In this document: piece after piece, positions 28,311 through 43,038 of the stretch
How positions within the stretch are numbered: position 1 is the stretch's first letter
Layout of the letters: each line of letters opens with the position of its first letter
From: Camelus ferus
Lineage: Eukaryota
Length of the DNA: 64,000 nt
Direction: 5' to 3'
NCBI RefSeq assembly: GCF_009834535.1
Contig: NC_045696.1
Location: 65,102,001-65,166,000, forward strand
Made by a program: the position numbers and the translations under genes
Notes under the pieces: model-generated
Databases searched by the model: none
What the model was told of the DNA's origin: nothing
The model's input: the letters and a program-made list of their open reading frames with translations, nothing else

Positions 28311-31300
28311 TTGAGATCAGATTTGTAAAATGTTTATACATCACAACCTTCCTGAAGTAAAAAATCAATTAAAATCTTGAGATGCTCATGCATGCAGACA
28401 AAATACTTGCACCTTCTGTTAAACATTAAATTCCTTTGGGAAGTCTCTTTCCTTTCTAAAATGTGTTTATCACTGAAAAAGTGCCGTGTCTTATGAAAAA
28501 GATCAAAGCTGGATTTATGGATGGAGAAGAAGTCAAAGTTTTGTGGTGAAAAGTAAAAGCTACTTTCTAAATATGAAGCTACTACTTGTGGTAAACCTAA
28601 TATTTTGCTTTTGAGGATTAAGAACTAGAGGGCACTCATTCATTTATTCATAATTTGCTAAGTAAAGACTTGGTTGAGTGTAGGGATCCTCAACAAAAAT
28701 CCGAGAAAGTCAGACACGTACATAAATAATGTAATACCCCAAATACAAGTGCTACAGGAGATGTGTGACTAAGATTCTATACACAACCGATGAGGAAACA
28801 ATGACGCCTAGAGAAGGACCGGGACTGAAAAGAAAATAGATACTGAGCAATGAAAGATAACAAGGGGCCCCCCAGAAGAGAAAATCATTCAGAGAAAAGT
28901 TATGGAGAAACACAGACTACTACTTACCTCGAGATACTTGGAATGAAGCAAGGAATGAGTGTTCAGAGGAGGAGATGGGGAAAAAGCCTGAGTTGAGATG
29001 AACAAAAATGAGAAGTCGGTCAGTTTTGTCACTGTACTCTTCCGCTGTGTTTTAGCCTCCGTATCTGTTAGGATGCTTCTGCGTTTTCATAACAGAATCC
29101 TCAGACCAGACTGGCCCTTCCTGCAGGGGGTCCCAACGTTATCACCACGGAGGCTTCACTTGTCTGTAGGTCTCTCAGCTTGCCCACTCCATGTACAATT
29201 TCCTGTTGGAGTTTGGAATTCTTTTACAAGTTGCAAGATATCACATGTTTATACCATCTATTCTCTCTTAACAACTCCCTGGAAAACATCTCCAATCTCA
29301 TTGGCCCTGTTTGGGTCATGTCCCATACTTAAATGAACCACACTGTGGCTGGGAATTTGAGATGTGTTAACTAGTTTAAATTAACCAGGGACTTTTCCTA
29401 GACTTTGAGGTTGGATGTGCCTCCCCAAAGATACAGGGCTGCATAGATGAGGGGTGAATATCTGAATGAAATTCAGAGTCCATTTAACAAGAGGAAATAG
29501 AAATGAATGCTAAGGAGCAAAAAAAAAAAAAAAAAAAAAAGCAAATTTCCATTATCTAATAATGAATATATTTCCTATCACAGCTCATTGGCTATTCTTA
29601 AAACTGGCAGAGAAATGCAAGTACTGATGAATTAAAGCTACAGCCATAAACCATGGGGGACCAACAAAGGCAGTGAGGCTTCAATTCCCGAAGCACTATT
29701 AAATGCTTGCTATGCAAAAGGCACTGTGTGGGTCACTAATGAAGATGTAAAGAGCTACAGTTTTAAAAAAGAGTGGCGTCCTTGACAGTAACTCAATCTA
29801 TCTTGTATGCCCAGTGCTTTCCACTGACGGTCAGAGGACTGGAACGCGCAGCTTGGCTGTTCTAAACCAGAGATCTGTATCATGTCTACTTTGTCACACC
29901 TGTAAAGACACTGCTGGGATTAGACCATCACAAAACTTGACTCAAAATACCACTCAATTGTCATTCCAGGTCTTAAATTCAGGGCTGTTTGGTGCTTCAT
30001 AATCACCTGAGACGGCCATTCATGGCATTCTTGAATCCTCTTATATGCATTTATAGCGTATGTTTGAACACTTTGAATGATGGCAAATACATAAATCTCC
30101 CAAGCAGCCTCTTCCAATTGGGGGCAGTACTAATTTTGCACCGTTCTTCCTTATATGTAGTAACTTGTTCTGTACCATGGGCCACTGTTTCAAATTTCAC
30201 TCCCTAGAGCTATTCCAAGTCAATTTAATTCTCCACCTATAAGAAAGCCATACAGATTTCTGAAGATCATTGTCATTCCTCATTCTTCAAGTATTCTCTA
30301 CTCGTGCGAAAGAATTTCAGAGATTTTTAAATATTTTGTTTCTTTACCATTCTGTTTGTTTCACTCAGAAAAAGTTTTTATACTTTGGAGTGCATAATCC
30401 AATATGATATTCCTGATAAAGTCGACTTGGTCAGGAGGCAGTCCCTCATTCTTGATATTGTAACAACAGTGTGTTAAGACTGCATTCACTTTTTGACAAC
30501 CTAATCAAAAAATTTTAACATTCCAGTTCATTTCTATCAAAACATCTAAATATTATTTCACCTTTTCATCTCCCTGACTTAAACGGAGATGGAGGTTTGT
30601 TAATACACTAAGAATAATTCTAATCTGATTAAGTCTTTGAGAAGCATAAACTTACAAAGATGCATGCTCAGAATTTTCCAGATATACTACAAAATTCCCA
30701 TTCAATGGTTAGTCATGAATCCTCTACTTAACTTTGTGTGATCACACCTCGCTTCATGTGATCAGATCGGTCTGTTTTCAGTAATTAACCACAATGCACT
30801 TCATTTTATCACCTCACCTAGGGTGAAGCTTTAGAGCTGATCATCCTGATAGAAGGTCTGTATCTTGGGAAGCACCTGCTATTATAGAAGATAAGTGGTT
30901 TTGCTCTTTTAAATTCTCTCTCCTCTCTTTAGTCTTCATTAATTTAATTATCAATCCCCCCAATAATTACATTAGATTTATCAGAATCATTCCTTAGCTT
31001 CTCACTGATGTTATTATTTTATTCTGTAATTTTTAATCTTTACTTACTCATTTCAGCAATAACTTCCAGTATTCCTCAAATTCCTATCCAAAGTTTTCTT
31101 ATCTGAGTCAACTTGCAGTGTTGTGATACACACTTTCAAAAGTTTCTGAGCTGGTAAACTTCTGAGGCTTTAAGGACCAGAGAATGCTTTTTGCTTGCCT
31201 TTGCCTGAGGGTGACAGTTGGGTGTGGATCAAATCCTTGTGTTGCCTTCTTTCATAAAATTCTCCTGCTCTTCCTCCTACTTCCAGCTTTGTTTTTTGCA

Positions 31301-34109
31301 GAGGAGATAATATACTATATTCGAAAATAATATGCATTTTTTGAGCATGGGCTCTCACAGTAATTTTTCTTGGGAATTTAAAGTATTACAATATTGTCAT
31401 CATTTTTCTAACCCTTTTTGACAATCTTATTTAGAAGATAATATATCTTCATCACTGTACTATGTCTCTTGTAAATATATATATATATATTCATGTATTA
31501 GCCTTGTCTTTCCATTGCAATTTACTGTCTTCAAAAATATGTCCCTGGCCCAGGGAAGCACACACAGACATACACGAGAGCACCATTACGAGGAGGAGGT
31601 CTCTACTCTATGAATTACACACCAGTCCATCTATGCTTTGGCTTATGTCTATCAATTGCATTTTTATCCCTTATCTCATTTTCCTCCTTCTGTCCATTTC
31701 CAGAGTGTCTTGCCACTTGGATGACTACCTTAGCTCTGATCTAGTTTACATTTTTTTACTTAATTTTTGAGTTGTTAATTTCCTTCGTCGGGTGACCCTG
31801 GGATGCACTGATTCTGCTGGCTCAGTGTATCTGGCTAAATAGGAGAACGGCCATCATAATACGCCCATTTAATGGTCTTACTGAGGCACAGCCCCACTCA
31901 CACTGTTATTAGAGAGCCTGCGCTGGCACATAGCACACACACAAACTAAGCATGACATTATGGACAAAGGTGACACTGACCTGCTTCACTAACCTGCTCT
32001 CCATCTTAAAGGCTGGAATTATTTCTAACCTGGCTGGAAACGAATGACTGTGGTCTGTTAGAATACAGACAATATCATTGTCTGTGCACTTGCAGGCGGC
32101 TATTTCTCTGATGCACAAGATGCAGTTATCCGGAACTCGGTTCTAAAAGTAGGAACTGGAGGGGTCAGCTCTCCCCTCTTCCTGCTTACCCCATCCATTG
32201 TCTCTACAATTAGACCTAAGTTCTGGTCAAATGCAGGTATCGGTCTTCCAGCAGATTTTACTGCAACAATTTTATCATCAATCAGAAAATATAAGGTGAC
32301 TAATTTTCAGGTCTTTTCCATTTATTTAAGAAAACAAAAGGACTTGCTCAGTTCCTATTATAGGGCCTATTCCGTGGTTCTTTCATCTTGATTTCATATT
32401 AGAATCACTAGGCTCACCACTCTTAACAACCCTGATGTAACTGATTTGGAGTGAAGACAGGTGATTCTCATCTGTAGGAGCTGGGATCCACTCTACTAAA
32501 TAAACTCTTTAAAAAGCATAGTTAATTAAGTGCCTATTCAAGGCCGGATGAATCTGGGTTTCTAGGTAAATTGTAAGGCATAAATCTCCAAGAGTGCTAT
32601 GCACAGAATCTGTTTTTGATGAGGCTTAGACAGTTTGAAATGTGGGTGCTATCAGATGCCAAGCTATTAGATGCTATGTTCCTGCCATATTCTGGCACTG
32701 CCTAAACTCCTAGAGATGGTGTAGTGGTATATTTAGAGATTCCTTATATTAAGTGCTTGTCAATATATTTGGAGTTGACTCAAGGACCATTAGTTCTGAG
32801 TTCAGAGAGATGCTTGCTTGAACAGCCCCATTTAATGGGTGCTTACTTTCTACACGAGATACTTGGATCTGGATGAGGTCAATAAGTGTGGCTGCTGTCT
32901 TGAAATAGTAGCCCCCAAGGACATCCATGAACTATCTGGACCTTTATAAAAAACTGCTTTTACTTCTTGCCTCTCCTGTCAGAGTTCGCAATGCCATTTT
33001 GTTTAGGGTGAACATCCTAGGACAGGCTTCGCTGTAACTTGGAAAGAAATTCACTTTTCTCTGACAGAACAGTCCTAGTTACGAGATGTCTCATAGGACC
33101 ACGCTCTGCCTTCACTGGCTCAGACCATCAATTCCAAGGACAGAATTGAGTTACAGTATCTTTTCCCATGCTTTCAACCAGAGCCCTCTGTCCTCTGGGG
33201 GTGGGGGAGGAAATGTCAGCCCTGATACTTTCTTCTCTCCCCAGCACTGCACTCTAGAAAAAAAGAGGCAACATCTGACCCTTTCTCTACTACATGCACA
33301 CTGACTGATCCTATCACAAGCAAGAATACTCTGTGTCTGTTCCAGAAAGCGAAGTAATTCAGTGTCTGTTTCTCTATGTTACTATGTAGCCCATCCACCC
33401 TGAATTTCACCAGTTCTTGCCCTTACTTTTCAATCAGAAACACAGCTTGTCAAGGCTCATAATCCTCCTTGCTTTTGCCCCAGTGATCAGAAGGGGACAG
33501 TTAGACATTTGCTTCAGGCTGTCCTGAGTTCCAGTACTTAGAACCTCCTGCATGCAAGGAGTGTGCATCAAAAGATACACCTGGGAACCAGCTCACTTTC
33601 TTTCCGCCTCTGTCAGAGTGCCAGCCAGCTCTTTTCAGGAAGAGCCTGGGAAAACTTGGTTCTTTATTTTCCAACAGAAGGAGACTTGGAAATTGGGTCA
33701 GACCTAGTATGATCACTACAAAGCTTAATGCCAGTTCATCCATCCTGGCCTCTTTCCTAGTATGGCTATTGGTTTTTCCAGTGGATCTCCAAGTCACAAC
33801 CTCCCACAGGATGTGGCACCCGCTCAGTATCCTCATCCCAGCGAACTCTGAATTTAGTCCTGACAGGATACAGCATAGTTGTCCCCATTTCTCTCTCTCT
33901 CTCTCTCAGCAGTACCCTAGAGGGCTGGAATAGAGTATTTGGTAAAGTAGTAGGTGATATACCTAGAAACTTGGAAAAACTCTCATCTAAATCTAATTGC
34001 TGTAGGATCTTGAACAAGTTCATTCCCCTCTAAATCTGTTTCCTTGTTGTAAAATGGAGATAGCTCGCAGAGCAGGGATTAACCTGATTGTCTAATATTC
34101 CTTGTCTGT

Positions 34110-36670
34110 CCTGAAAATCCACGTCTTTTGTAGGTATATTTTGAACATTTGAAAATAACATAATTATTGATATATTTGGATTTGGGTCAACTGTTGTATT
34201 ACTTGCTCCCTGTTTTTTCCCTCTGCCAGTTCCCTCCACTTTGCATTTTTCTGATTTCACTTTTCTGACTTCTTTTGGATTATTTGGTGGTTTCTCTAGG
34301 GCTTACAATATACACATTTTAACTCTTTACAGTCTACTTAGAATATTAATTTTATCACTTTGGGTGGAATGGAGAAAACGTACCACCATATAGGTCCCTT
34401 TATATTATGATCACCTATACATATTGGAATCCCTATCAGACAATGTTAATTTCTGCTTTCAACTCACAAACATTTTTAAAAAACTCAAGAACAGAATTAT
34501 TAAGTATATTTACCCAAATGTTTGCCATTTTGTTGTTTTCTTCATTTTTCATGTTTTAAGCTTCCTTGTGCTATTATTTCCCTTGAGTCTGAACTTCCTT
34601 TAACAATGCATTTAGAGCAGACCTTCATCTGAAAGTGTTTTTTATTTTGCCTGCATTCCTGAAGCATACGTCCCTTGGGAATAGCATTCTGGGTTGACAG
34701 TTCCTTTCTTTCTTCCCTTTAAAACTGCAACGCCAAGTCTTTCTGGCCTCTACGGTTGTTCTTCTAGTGATAACACATCATTTTTCTCTGGGTGCTTTCA
34801 GAATTTTTTCTTTCTCTTAAATTTTCAACAATTTGATTATGATCTGGAAGTGGATTTGTTTGTGTTTATCCTGTTTGGAATTCACTGAGCTTCTCGTATC
34901 TACAGGTACAGTTCTTTTGTCAAATTTGGGACATTTTCAGCCATTATTTCTTCAAATACTCTTCCCTGTGCTGCACTTTTTCTCTTCTCCTTCTGAGGCT
35001 CCGATGACATAAATGCTGGATTTTTTTGTTACTCTCCCACAGATCTCTAAGTCTCTTTTCACTTTCCCAATCTTTTTTTTTTTTTTTCTCTCTCTAATGT
35101 TCAGATTGAATCACTTTTGTTGATTTATCCTCAAGCTCATTGACTGCTTCCTCTGTCACCTCTCTTCTACTACCGAGCTGGTCAATGGAGGTTTTGTTTT
35201 TGGCTATTGTGTTTATAGTTCTAAAATTTCCATTTGGTTTTTGTTTTTAATCTTCTATTTATTTGGTACCTTTTCTATTTTAGCTTTTGTTTCAAGTCTC
35301 AGATAATTCCAATATTTTGTCATCTCACCATTTGTGTCTTGATTGCCTTTCCCCACACAAGTTGAGATTTTCCTGGTAGTTTATATGCCAAGTAACCTTT
35401 TAAATTATATATTGGAGATTTTGAATATTATATTATGAGATTCTGCATCTATTTTTAATCCTATGGAGAATATTGACATTTTAATTTTTTTTAAGCATTT
35501 CAGTTAAAAAAACTTTTAATTGAAGTATAGTCAGTTTACAACGTGTCAACAACATAATGTTTCAGTCATATTATACATACATATACTCATTTTCATATTC
35601 TTTTTCACTATAGGATATTGAATATAGCTCCCTGTGCTATACAGAGGAAACTTGTTGTTTACCTATTTTATATATAGTAGTTAATTAATATTTACAAATC
35701 TTGAACTTCCAATTTATCCCTTTCCACCTCATTCCCCCTAGTAACCGTAAGTTTGTTTACTATTGACATTTTAATTTTTGTAGTCAGTCAAACTGATTAG
35801 ATTCAGACCTTAAGGTTCCAACCAGCCTCCTACATTCCTGGTTCCAAAACAGTGAACTTTTCAAAGCATTCACATGCTATTTGGATCTGTCCAGTGTATA
35901 TGCCATCTAGTGGCCAGTCTTGGACATGGACAGTGATGTGTCTGTTTAGTTCTCAAAGTCTCTTGTTCGCTAAATAGTTATCAGATCCACGTGTGCACAG
36001 TTTGGGAATGAGTCCAATGCTTATAAACAATTATTTGGGGTTGATTTCCTGAATCCCTTCCTCTCCATTAACCTCCCCACACTTCCTGGTTCTTTGGGGG
36101 TCTTCTAGTTCACTTTTCATTTTAGAAAGCTAGGATTTTAGTCATCTTGTTCTGCAGTGCACTTCTGAAGTGTGCCCACCTCTCCAGTTAAACAATGGAA
36201 GGACACATAAGACAAAAAAACCAAACCAAAACAAAAAACACAATGGTTGGTCCCACCTTCTTGGAACTATAACTCGTCTGATGAAGGAAGAGGAAGTCTC
36301 TCCTGCTCGAGCTTTGGCTCCTGTGGGCTCCTTACACCAGGGGCCAGACCACGGGGGCACAGGAGAGAGGACTGCAGCAGGTGTTCCCACACTCTCTCGG
36401 AATAGTGTGAGTTCCTGCTCCTTGAGCGGTACTATAGGGCTTCTCCTGAACTCTGTCTACTCCTTTATGCCCACTTCAGTGTTGGTTGAGGGAAACTGGA
36501 GGAAAAATGGGTGAAGTCACCAGTGATTCATCATTAAATTGGAACCCTCTTCCCCAACTTGCCCGCTGTTTTTCAGAGTCCTTACAGAGCTGTTCTGTGA
36601 ATCCTGTCCACGTTTACTCAGTGCAAAACACAAAATAACTGGTACTTACTCCATCATATCCAGACTAGAC
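34110..36670 (-). mobile_element. Old, deleted L1 (ORF2 start through ORF1/5' region)
   Basis: T-rich antisense L1 phrases (tttgtcaaatttgggacattttcagccattatttcttcaaata; atagcattctgggttgacag). Confidence 0.6.
35490..35760 (-). mobile_element. Younger L1 3'-end fragment nested in the old L1
   Basis: ttaattgaagtatagtcagtttacaa...ccctgtgctatacag. Flanked by the 19-bp direct repeat tattgacattttaattttt (35471-35489 and 35761-35779). Confidence 0.85.
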
Positions 36671-38326
36671 ATCTGATATTCTTTAAAACTCCAAAATTTT
36701 AATGATGCTTACTTATATGTTAATTATCCTATCTCATCAGTTTACTGAATGAAAGTCTTCCCCTTTCCCCTCAAAGTCCATGCACCAAATAAAAATGTAA
36801 AACCCGGGAGAAATGAAAATCAAATATAAAATATTCCACCACTCTACCAATCTTGTATGATTTGAAGAAAAGCGAAATGTCCCCATCCATCTCAGTTGCC
36901 ACCTGAATATAAAATGTGACATTGTATGACCTTCAAAAGATGATTTTTGAAATAATATTTTTAAAAGCAAGAAGATTGCTAATTTCAGCTTTTCTGTCTA
37001 GCCCACTGATTCGGGTTTGGAATTTTGGAGGGGAAATGGTCCTTATTTTGACATTTTTAAAGATTACATAGGGCCATCCTACAAGCCATAGTTATAGCTT
37101 AGTGCTTCAAAAGGAATGTAAAAGCTGATCACCTGTACAAAATGCACAGAGTCAAAACGGCTGGCCTCCTTTTCCCCAGGAGAAGCTACAACATGGCTTA
37201 GAGTAGGTGGGCACTGAAGGGTTACACCTGCAGTGTCTGCCACTCATGGTGCATTTCTTCCCTCAGTCAATAACACTCTTCATACTTGATCATTCGGATC
37301 CACAGTGACTAAGGAAGTCTGCAAAATTCATTTACAGAAGACTCAGAAAGATTGGAAAAAATATTACTTCTCTGATACCTACATAATAAATGCAAAATAT
37401 AAAATGTCAGTAAAAACATACATGCACTATATCATTCTTGACAGATCCTCCAAAAAAAATATTAATTTGTCAGTTAAGGCTCAGTTTCCATATTCAGCTC
37501 ATGTGAGACAGTTTTTGAAAGTACCTAAAGGTTTTCTGGACTATAAGCAGTCATCTGGCTTTTAAGAAAAAATATAGACAGTATAGGTAAATAATATGCT
37601 TTCTCTCAGGCAGACTCCTATTACACTTGTACCTTTAGATGTAATTTGATTATTCAACATTTTACACTATTTTATTCCTTTGTGGTCCAATTTCTTCTAT
37701 TGGACTATGAGATCTTTGAAGGCCAGAATGAAGTTTGTTTAGCTATGTTGGCCGAAGAAGAATTTAATAAACATTCTTCCAATTGTTTCAAATGTGCAAA
37801 AGATCAATCATAGAATTTCAATGGAAGTAATGGGTTTTTCAAGCTAGTCATATCAAAGAAACAAATCCTGGCAAGACATTTTTTAAAGAACATTCATGAA
37901 AAAGTCATTTTCTGTAAAACAGTCCTTGCCATTTAACTACAGTATGTGGCAGTCACTGTACTACTGCTGGCTTTTTTTTCCACCTTTATTCAAAGTCACT
38001 TTATTGGTGGAAAAATTTAAACCAGTATTCTAAGTGGTGTGTGGGAGTCTTCTCTGAGCACATGCCTTGTTGATACATAACGGGATGTGTGCCTGTATTT
38101 CAACTCCCACATAATCTTCTAAACTGCTCTCCTGAAGTCCGTACAGCGTATAATCTATTTAGATGGTTTCTGCCTGAGATTCTGCTTAAAATCTACCTGA
38201 CCTAAATACAACCTTCTGTAGGTTTTAGATTTAATACAAAGACAATCCCCTTTTCAGTCAGCAAAATTTTCACTCTAGATGAGTCTTCAGCATTCTATGG
38301 TTACCCAGGAAGCAAATGATTCACAG

Positions 38327-38754
38327 CAGCATTGTCCAACAGATAAATTAGACTTGTATATGTAATTTTAAATTTCCTAGTAGCTACATTAAAAAGATAA
38401 AAAGAAATAGGTGAAATTAATTTTTATAATACTATATATAACCCAATATATCTAAAACATTATCCTCTCAACATAGAGTCAACATAAAAATTAACAAGAT
38501 ATTTACATTTTTATACTAAGGCTTTGCAATCTGGTGTATATTTTATACTTCAGCACATCTCAGTTCAGACCAGCTACATTAAGAATGCTCAGTAGCCCCA
38601 TGTGTAATTTGAACTCAAAAAGCCTCTGATTTTTTTTTTTTCTGAGTCAGCTTGACAAAGCTAGAACTACATTTTCTAGGATTCACTTCCTGTAAGCTTC
38701 CAAGTCAAAGCTGACCAAAGTCAAAGATAGTAGGTTATCTTATTAGAAGCACAG
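38327..38754 (+). mobile_element. MER33/MER3-like hAT-Charlie element interrupted by a 121-bp insertion
   Basis: Starts cagcattgtccaac and runs to cagaccagctacatt...gctcagtagccccatgtgt. It resumes after 38726 as tagtaggttatcttattagaagcacag, similar to the family's right terminus. Confidence 0.7.
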
Positions 38755-39529
38755 TAGAAGGAGCAGCATAAAAGGGCTAGAAGCGCTCACTGGCCTTCTC
38801 ACCCTGCCTCTTACCTTACATTTGAATATTTCCATACTGTCTGTAGGAATTTGTCTCTAATCCAAAATACCTCTCAAGTCCTGCAGTTTCTTACATGATC
38901 AGACACCACCTTCCTGCTTCTCTGAGCCTCCTGCTAATGCCACTGTCTCTTTCTTTGCTCTATGACATCTCTTTCCATTACTGGATCCCAGCTGGGGGGA
39001 CACTTCCCAGTGTCTCTTGCATTCATTGATTCCTCCATGCAAAAAAATTTTTTTTTTTTGCCATTCTCAACTCAGTAATTATCTTTTTCCCTGAGTTTCT
39101 GTCCCTTCTTTTTTGACTAACCCATTCATTTCAGGGTTTAATTCTCAAATTAAATAAATTAAATTTATTAAATTTAATTTCTCAAATTAATTTTATCTTT
39201 CTCAAGGGAGAATTCCCTGAATCTCCAAGAGCTCTCTGGGAGTAAGGATGGCTCAACACATTGACTGACATCTTCACAGCACTTACTCTGGAGGTTCCCT
39301 TTCTAGCGAAGAAACTACATTAGAAGATACAGTCAAAAACTAAGTACACAGTTGGTGCCCAATCACTACTGCTTGAATGAATGCATAACTGTTAAATGAA
39401 AGAAGAATGGGAAGATCAGAAAGTGACATTTAAAGAGATTACTGCTAAAATGAGATGCAGTCACTGCAGTGTCGACAGTAGAGTTACAAATACTTATTTG
39501 TTCAGAAATTTTTTGGTCAAGGTAAATTT

Positions 39530-40060
39530 CTCATTTCTAAAGACATTATGACATATAAACTGCTGTTGGGAGAGTAGATATTCTGGAAAATAATATGTCA
39601 ATACCAAGACGTACCTATGATCTAGTCAAGCCACCTTTGGGTATGTGTCTCAAAGTCTAACACATGTTCATAAGGAGAAATGGTGTCCATCTCAGCGTTA
39701 TCTGTGTTGGCAAAGAATTGTGGACATTCTAGGTATCCTTCACTGGGGGCCAGGGTGGTGGGCAAAATATAGTGGACACTCACCAGAGTATACCTCACAG
39801 AAGTTAGAAGCAGATTAGATGTACACACAGTGACAACAGTGATCTTAAAAACAACACTAATGAAAAAGCAACAAACAGAATAAGGATGTTTATGTAAGGC
39901 ATCATTCATATAATTTAATAATACACATATATACACAAAAACACTTTAAAAGAAAATATAAATATAAGGATATGCATTAAATATGTCAAAATATTAAAAT
40001 TATTACCTATAGATAGAGGGTATGAGGGAAATAGGACAAAAGAAAATAAAACATATGTCT
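39530..40060 (+). mobile_element. Old L1ME-like 3' fragment
   Basis: Degenerate L1 3' phrases (tataaactgctgttgggagagtaga; tacctatgatctag). Confidence 0.5.
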
Positions 40061-42249
40061 TATACAGGTCATTGATAATGTGTCAGGAATTTAAAAGTGT
40101 GATTAATTTAACCCTCAGAAATTGAGATCAAAAATTAGAAGCAGAATTACAAAGTAATATAAAATATTATATAGATATTTAAAATATGAACCTTGTCTAA
40201 ATTATCTAATTTGTCAAAATTGTCTAAATTGCTCATACTCATTTTGAGATGTACCTCATTTAAAATATTTCTCTCTTCTCTTCTACCTTTACTCTGCTCC
40301 TCCCCTCATCTCCTTTCATTTGCCATTCCTCTTCCCCGTCCCTTCTCTGCCTTTGTCTGTCCTCCTCTCTCCAAGCCTCCACCCACGCTCCCCTCACATT
40401 TTTTTCTGTCTGTCTATTTCGCTTTCCTCTCTTGTTTCATCTTTAGCTAATTTGAAGTGGTCATTTTAGAGAAAAACAACTGCTTGAGATGCTCAAGAGG
40501 GCTCTATATCATTCTGCCAATCATCTAGTTAATAGAACAGCATGTTAAGTGGACACCACAATCATGTTTTATACATAAATAACTTGGCCTGGCTATCCCC
40601 TAACAAAAATTGCCCATGCCTTCCCCAGCTCTTCCTCTTCCTTCACTCAACTCTCAGTACTGTGTTATCAATTTTTTTCCAGTGTTTATTTTAATCCCAT
40701 TTCATTAGATGCTCTGGGCATAAGCATTCAATGAGCAAACCAAAATAGTCACTATAAACTAAGATTTATAGACTTGGTTAAATGATATGCTGATCCAGTT
40801 ATTTTGACATAAACCATTTTGACTATAAAGTTAATTTTTCATATACTGGGGTTCAATTTCTAGCCAAAGGTCAAATAGCAAAGAGTTAAGAACAGAAGAC
40901 CATCACCAAGGACTCTTAAAAAGAGTGTCATTTGTATACTGTGTTATCAAGATGAAGGGGGAAAACATTAAGACACTACCTCACCTTTATTGAGAAAAAT
41001 ATCTAGTAAAAGTTAAGAACATATCTAAAAATAATGAAAATACAAGACAAAGGCAAAAAAAAGTAACTTATCCCTGCCACTAATGATCTACTATGTTGGT
41101 CCAAAATAGATGGGCATTTTGTTTGGTTAGACAGGATTAGAAACTGTTCATTGAGAAGTGGTATTTGAATTAGAAAGGCAAGATTGGTAAAAACAAAATG
41201 AAACGAAACAAAAATAAATAAACAAAACACCAGGGCAACATGCACAGTAGCCCAGAAACCAGGATGTAAATGATGTTCATGAAAAATAGTAGAGAGAGAC
41301 ACAGTGACTAAGAGAAGATGTGTGAAGGACAGTATTGAGCCTGTAGAAATAAGCTAGAGACAGATCTTGCAAGGACATTAATGACAGAATGGATAACAGA
41401 GATCCACAACAGATTTAATACAGATGATGGTAGGTTTAATATGACTAACAAGAATATATGAATGTTGCTTAATTTATAACTGATTGACACACCTCAACAT
41501 AGCATTGGTAAAAAGGGATACTGGAAATGGTGACTGTGTAAATCACATGTAATCATTGTGTTTTACAGCATTTTGATACTGACTAAAGCCTCCTCTAGGT
41601 TATATTATATAGTTGAGGCTTGTTGCCATACCCTTATCCCCTTTCCATGGGAAGAAAGAATGATTAGTGTTCTTTTTTGTGTGTCAGTCAAGCTGCTTGA
41701 AGTTCCCCTTTTGCAAAACCCTTCCTGTGTTCACTGTTCTTGAGTGTTCTTGCTCATTTTCCTCAATCAAACTGTCCTTTTAGTGTTTTTCTATTCAGAG
41801 CCCTGAGGACTGGCTTAAAGAGCATTTTAATTCATCCAAGTTGAGATAGTAGAGAATAAAAATGGCTCAGTACGTGGTATTAATCCAGACAAAATGACAT
41901 TGCCACTCACTGCTTTTGGGTAAGTTTCATCTTGCAATTCTGGCTATTTTGAGGACAATTTGTGTCCAGTTTCCATGGTGAAAACTCAGAAATCTTCTCT
42001 CTGGTGAAAACTGATCTTTGGTTATGGGTAAATTGAACTGTAAGTTACGATTAGTCCAAATGTGACAAACTGAGAAAGTCAACATATGATGTGATTCAAA
42101 CCATTGTTTTTCTATTACCATGGTGTCTTACTTAATATGGATTTTTGTTATACCAATATAAATGTGAGATCTTGGAATCAGTCTTCCTCTCTGATTACTA
42201 AATATTGTCAATTATATTCTATGTTTAGTTAAAATTTCTCCTGACTTTA

Positions 42250-42332
42250 TTTTTTATTTAAAATTTTTTTGATAAACTAAGTGCCATTGATTGATTGATT
42301 GATTGGAGTTCCTGGGGATTGAAGCCAGGACC
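42250..42332 (-). mobile_element. 5'-truncated SINE of the same family
   Basis: The reverse complement ggtcctggcttcaatccccagg is a B-box remnant followed by (TCAA)n and an A-rich tail. A perfect 13-bp TSD tctcctgacttta is at 42237-42249 and 42333-42345. Confidence 0.8.
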
Positions 42333-42459
42333 TCTCCTGACTTTAGAAAGTAGATTACTTCCAAAGTATTTTAGAATCAAATCTCTCTGGAACACACATT
42401 CGATTCACTTGACGACTTTGATACACTAATGCTTCAAAGGAATTTGAACTCAGAAAGCC

Positions 42460-43038
42460 TGTGATTTTTTTTTTTTTCTGAGTCAACTTGACAAAGCTAG
42501 AACTACATTTTCTAGGATTCATTTCCTGTAAGCTTCCAAGTCAAAGCTGACCAAAGTCAAAGTTTCACAAGATGTGGGAGGTAGGAGTGAAGCAGGAGTC
42601 ACTTCACTCTGAAGGTCTTTGCTGTTGGATGGACCTTGAAGTGTTTGCTGGTGGGTGTCAGTCAGTGTGTCCTCATGACCCCATGCTTTTTGTCCAGTTC
42701 TTTCAGACTGCTGGTGCTGCTGACCAGCTGCAACCTTAGACTCACCATGAGAAACAGAAGCAAAATCATTTCAGAGTCTTTCCCATCATCTTCTTGTCGT
42801 GGTCACACACCAACAGATGGATTTGACTGGCTTCCCAGATTCCCATGCAAGCCCTAACATTTCCATCACTGTCAGTGCTTCAGGAGAGCTGATCCCTAAC
42901 TTTATTCTGATCCTCTAGCATCTTCATTCTAGACCTTAATTTCTAGCTTATCCCACAGTTCGGATCCAGCTGCTATAATAAAACCTTTATACCATAGTTC
43001 TCCTAGTGTTTCTACTTTCTGGACTGAACTTTGATACA
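42460..43038 (+). mobile_element. ERVL-type solo LTR (LTR33/LTR16-like)
   Basis: tgtg...gtcaacttgacaaagctagaactacattt at the start, and aataaaacc...ggactgaactttgataca at the end (TG...CA). Confidence 0.6.
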
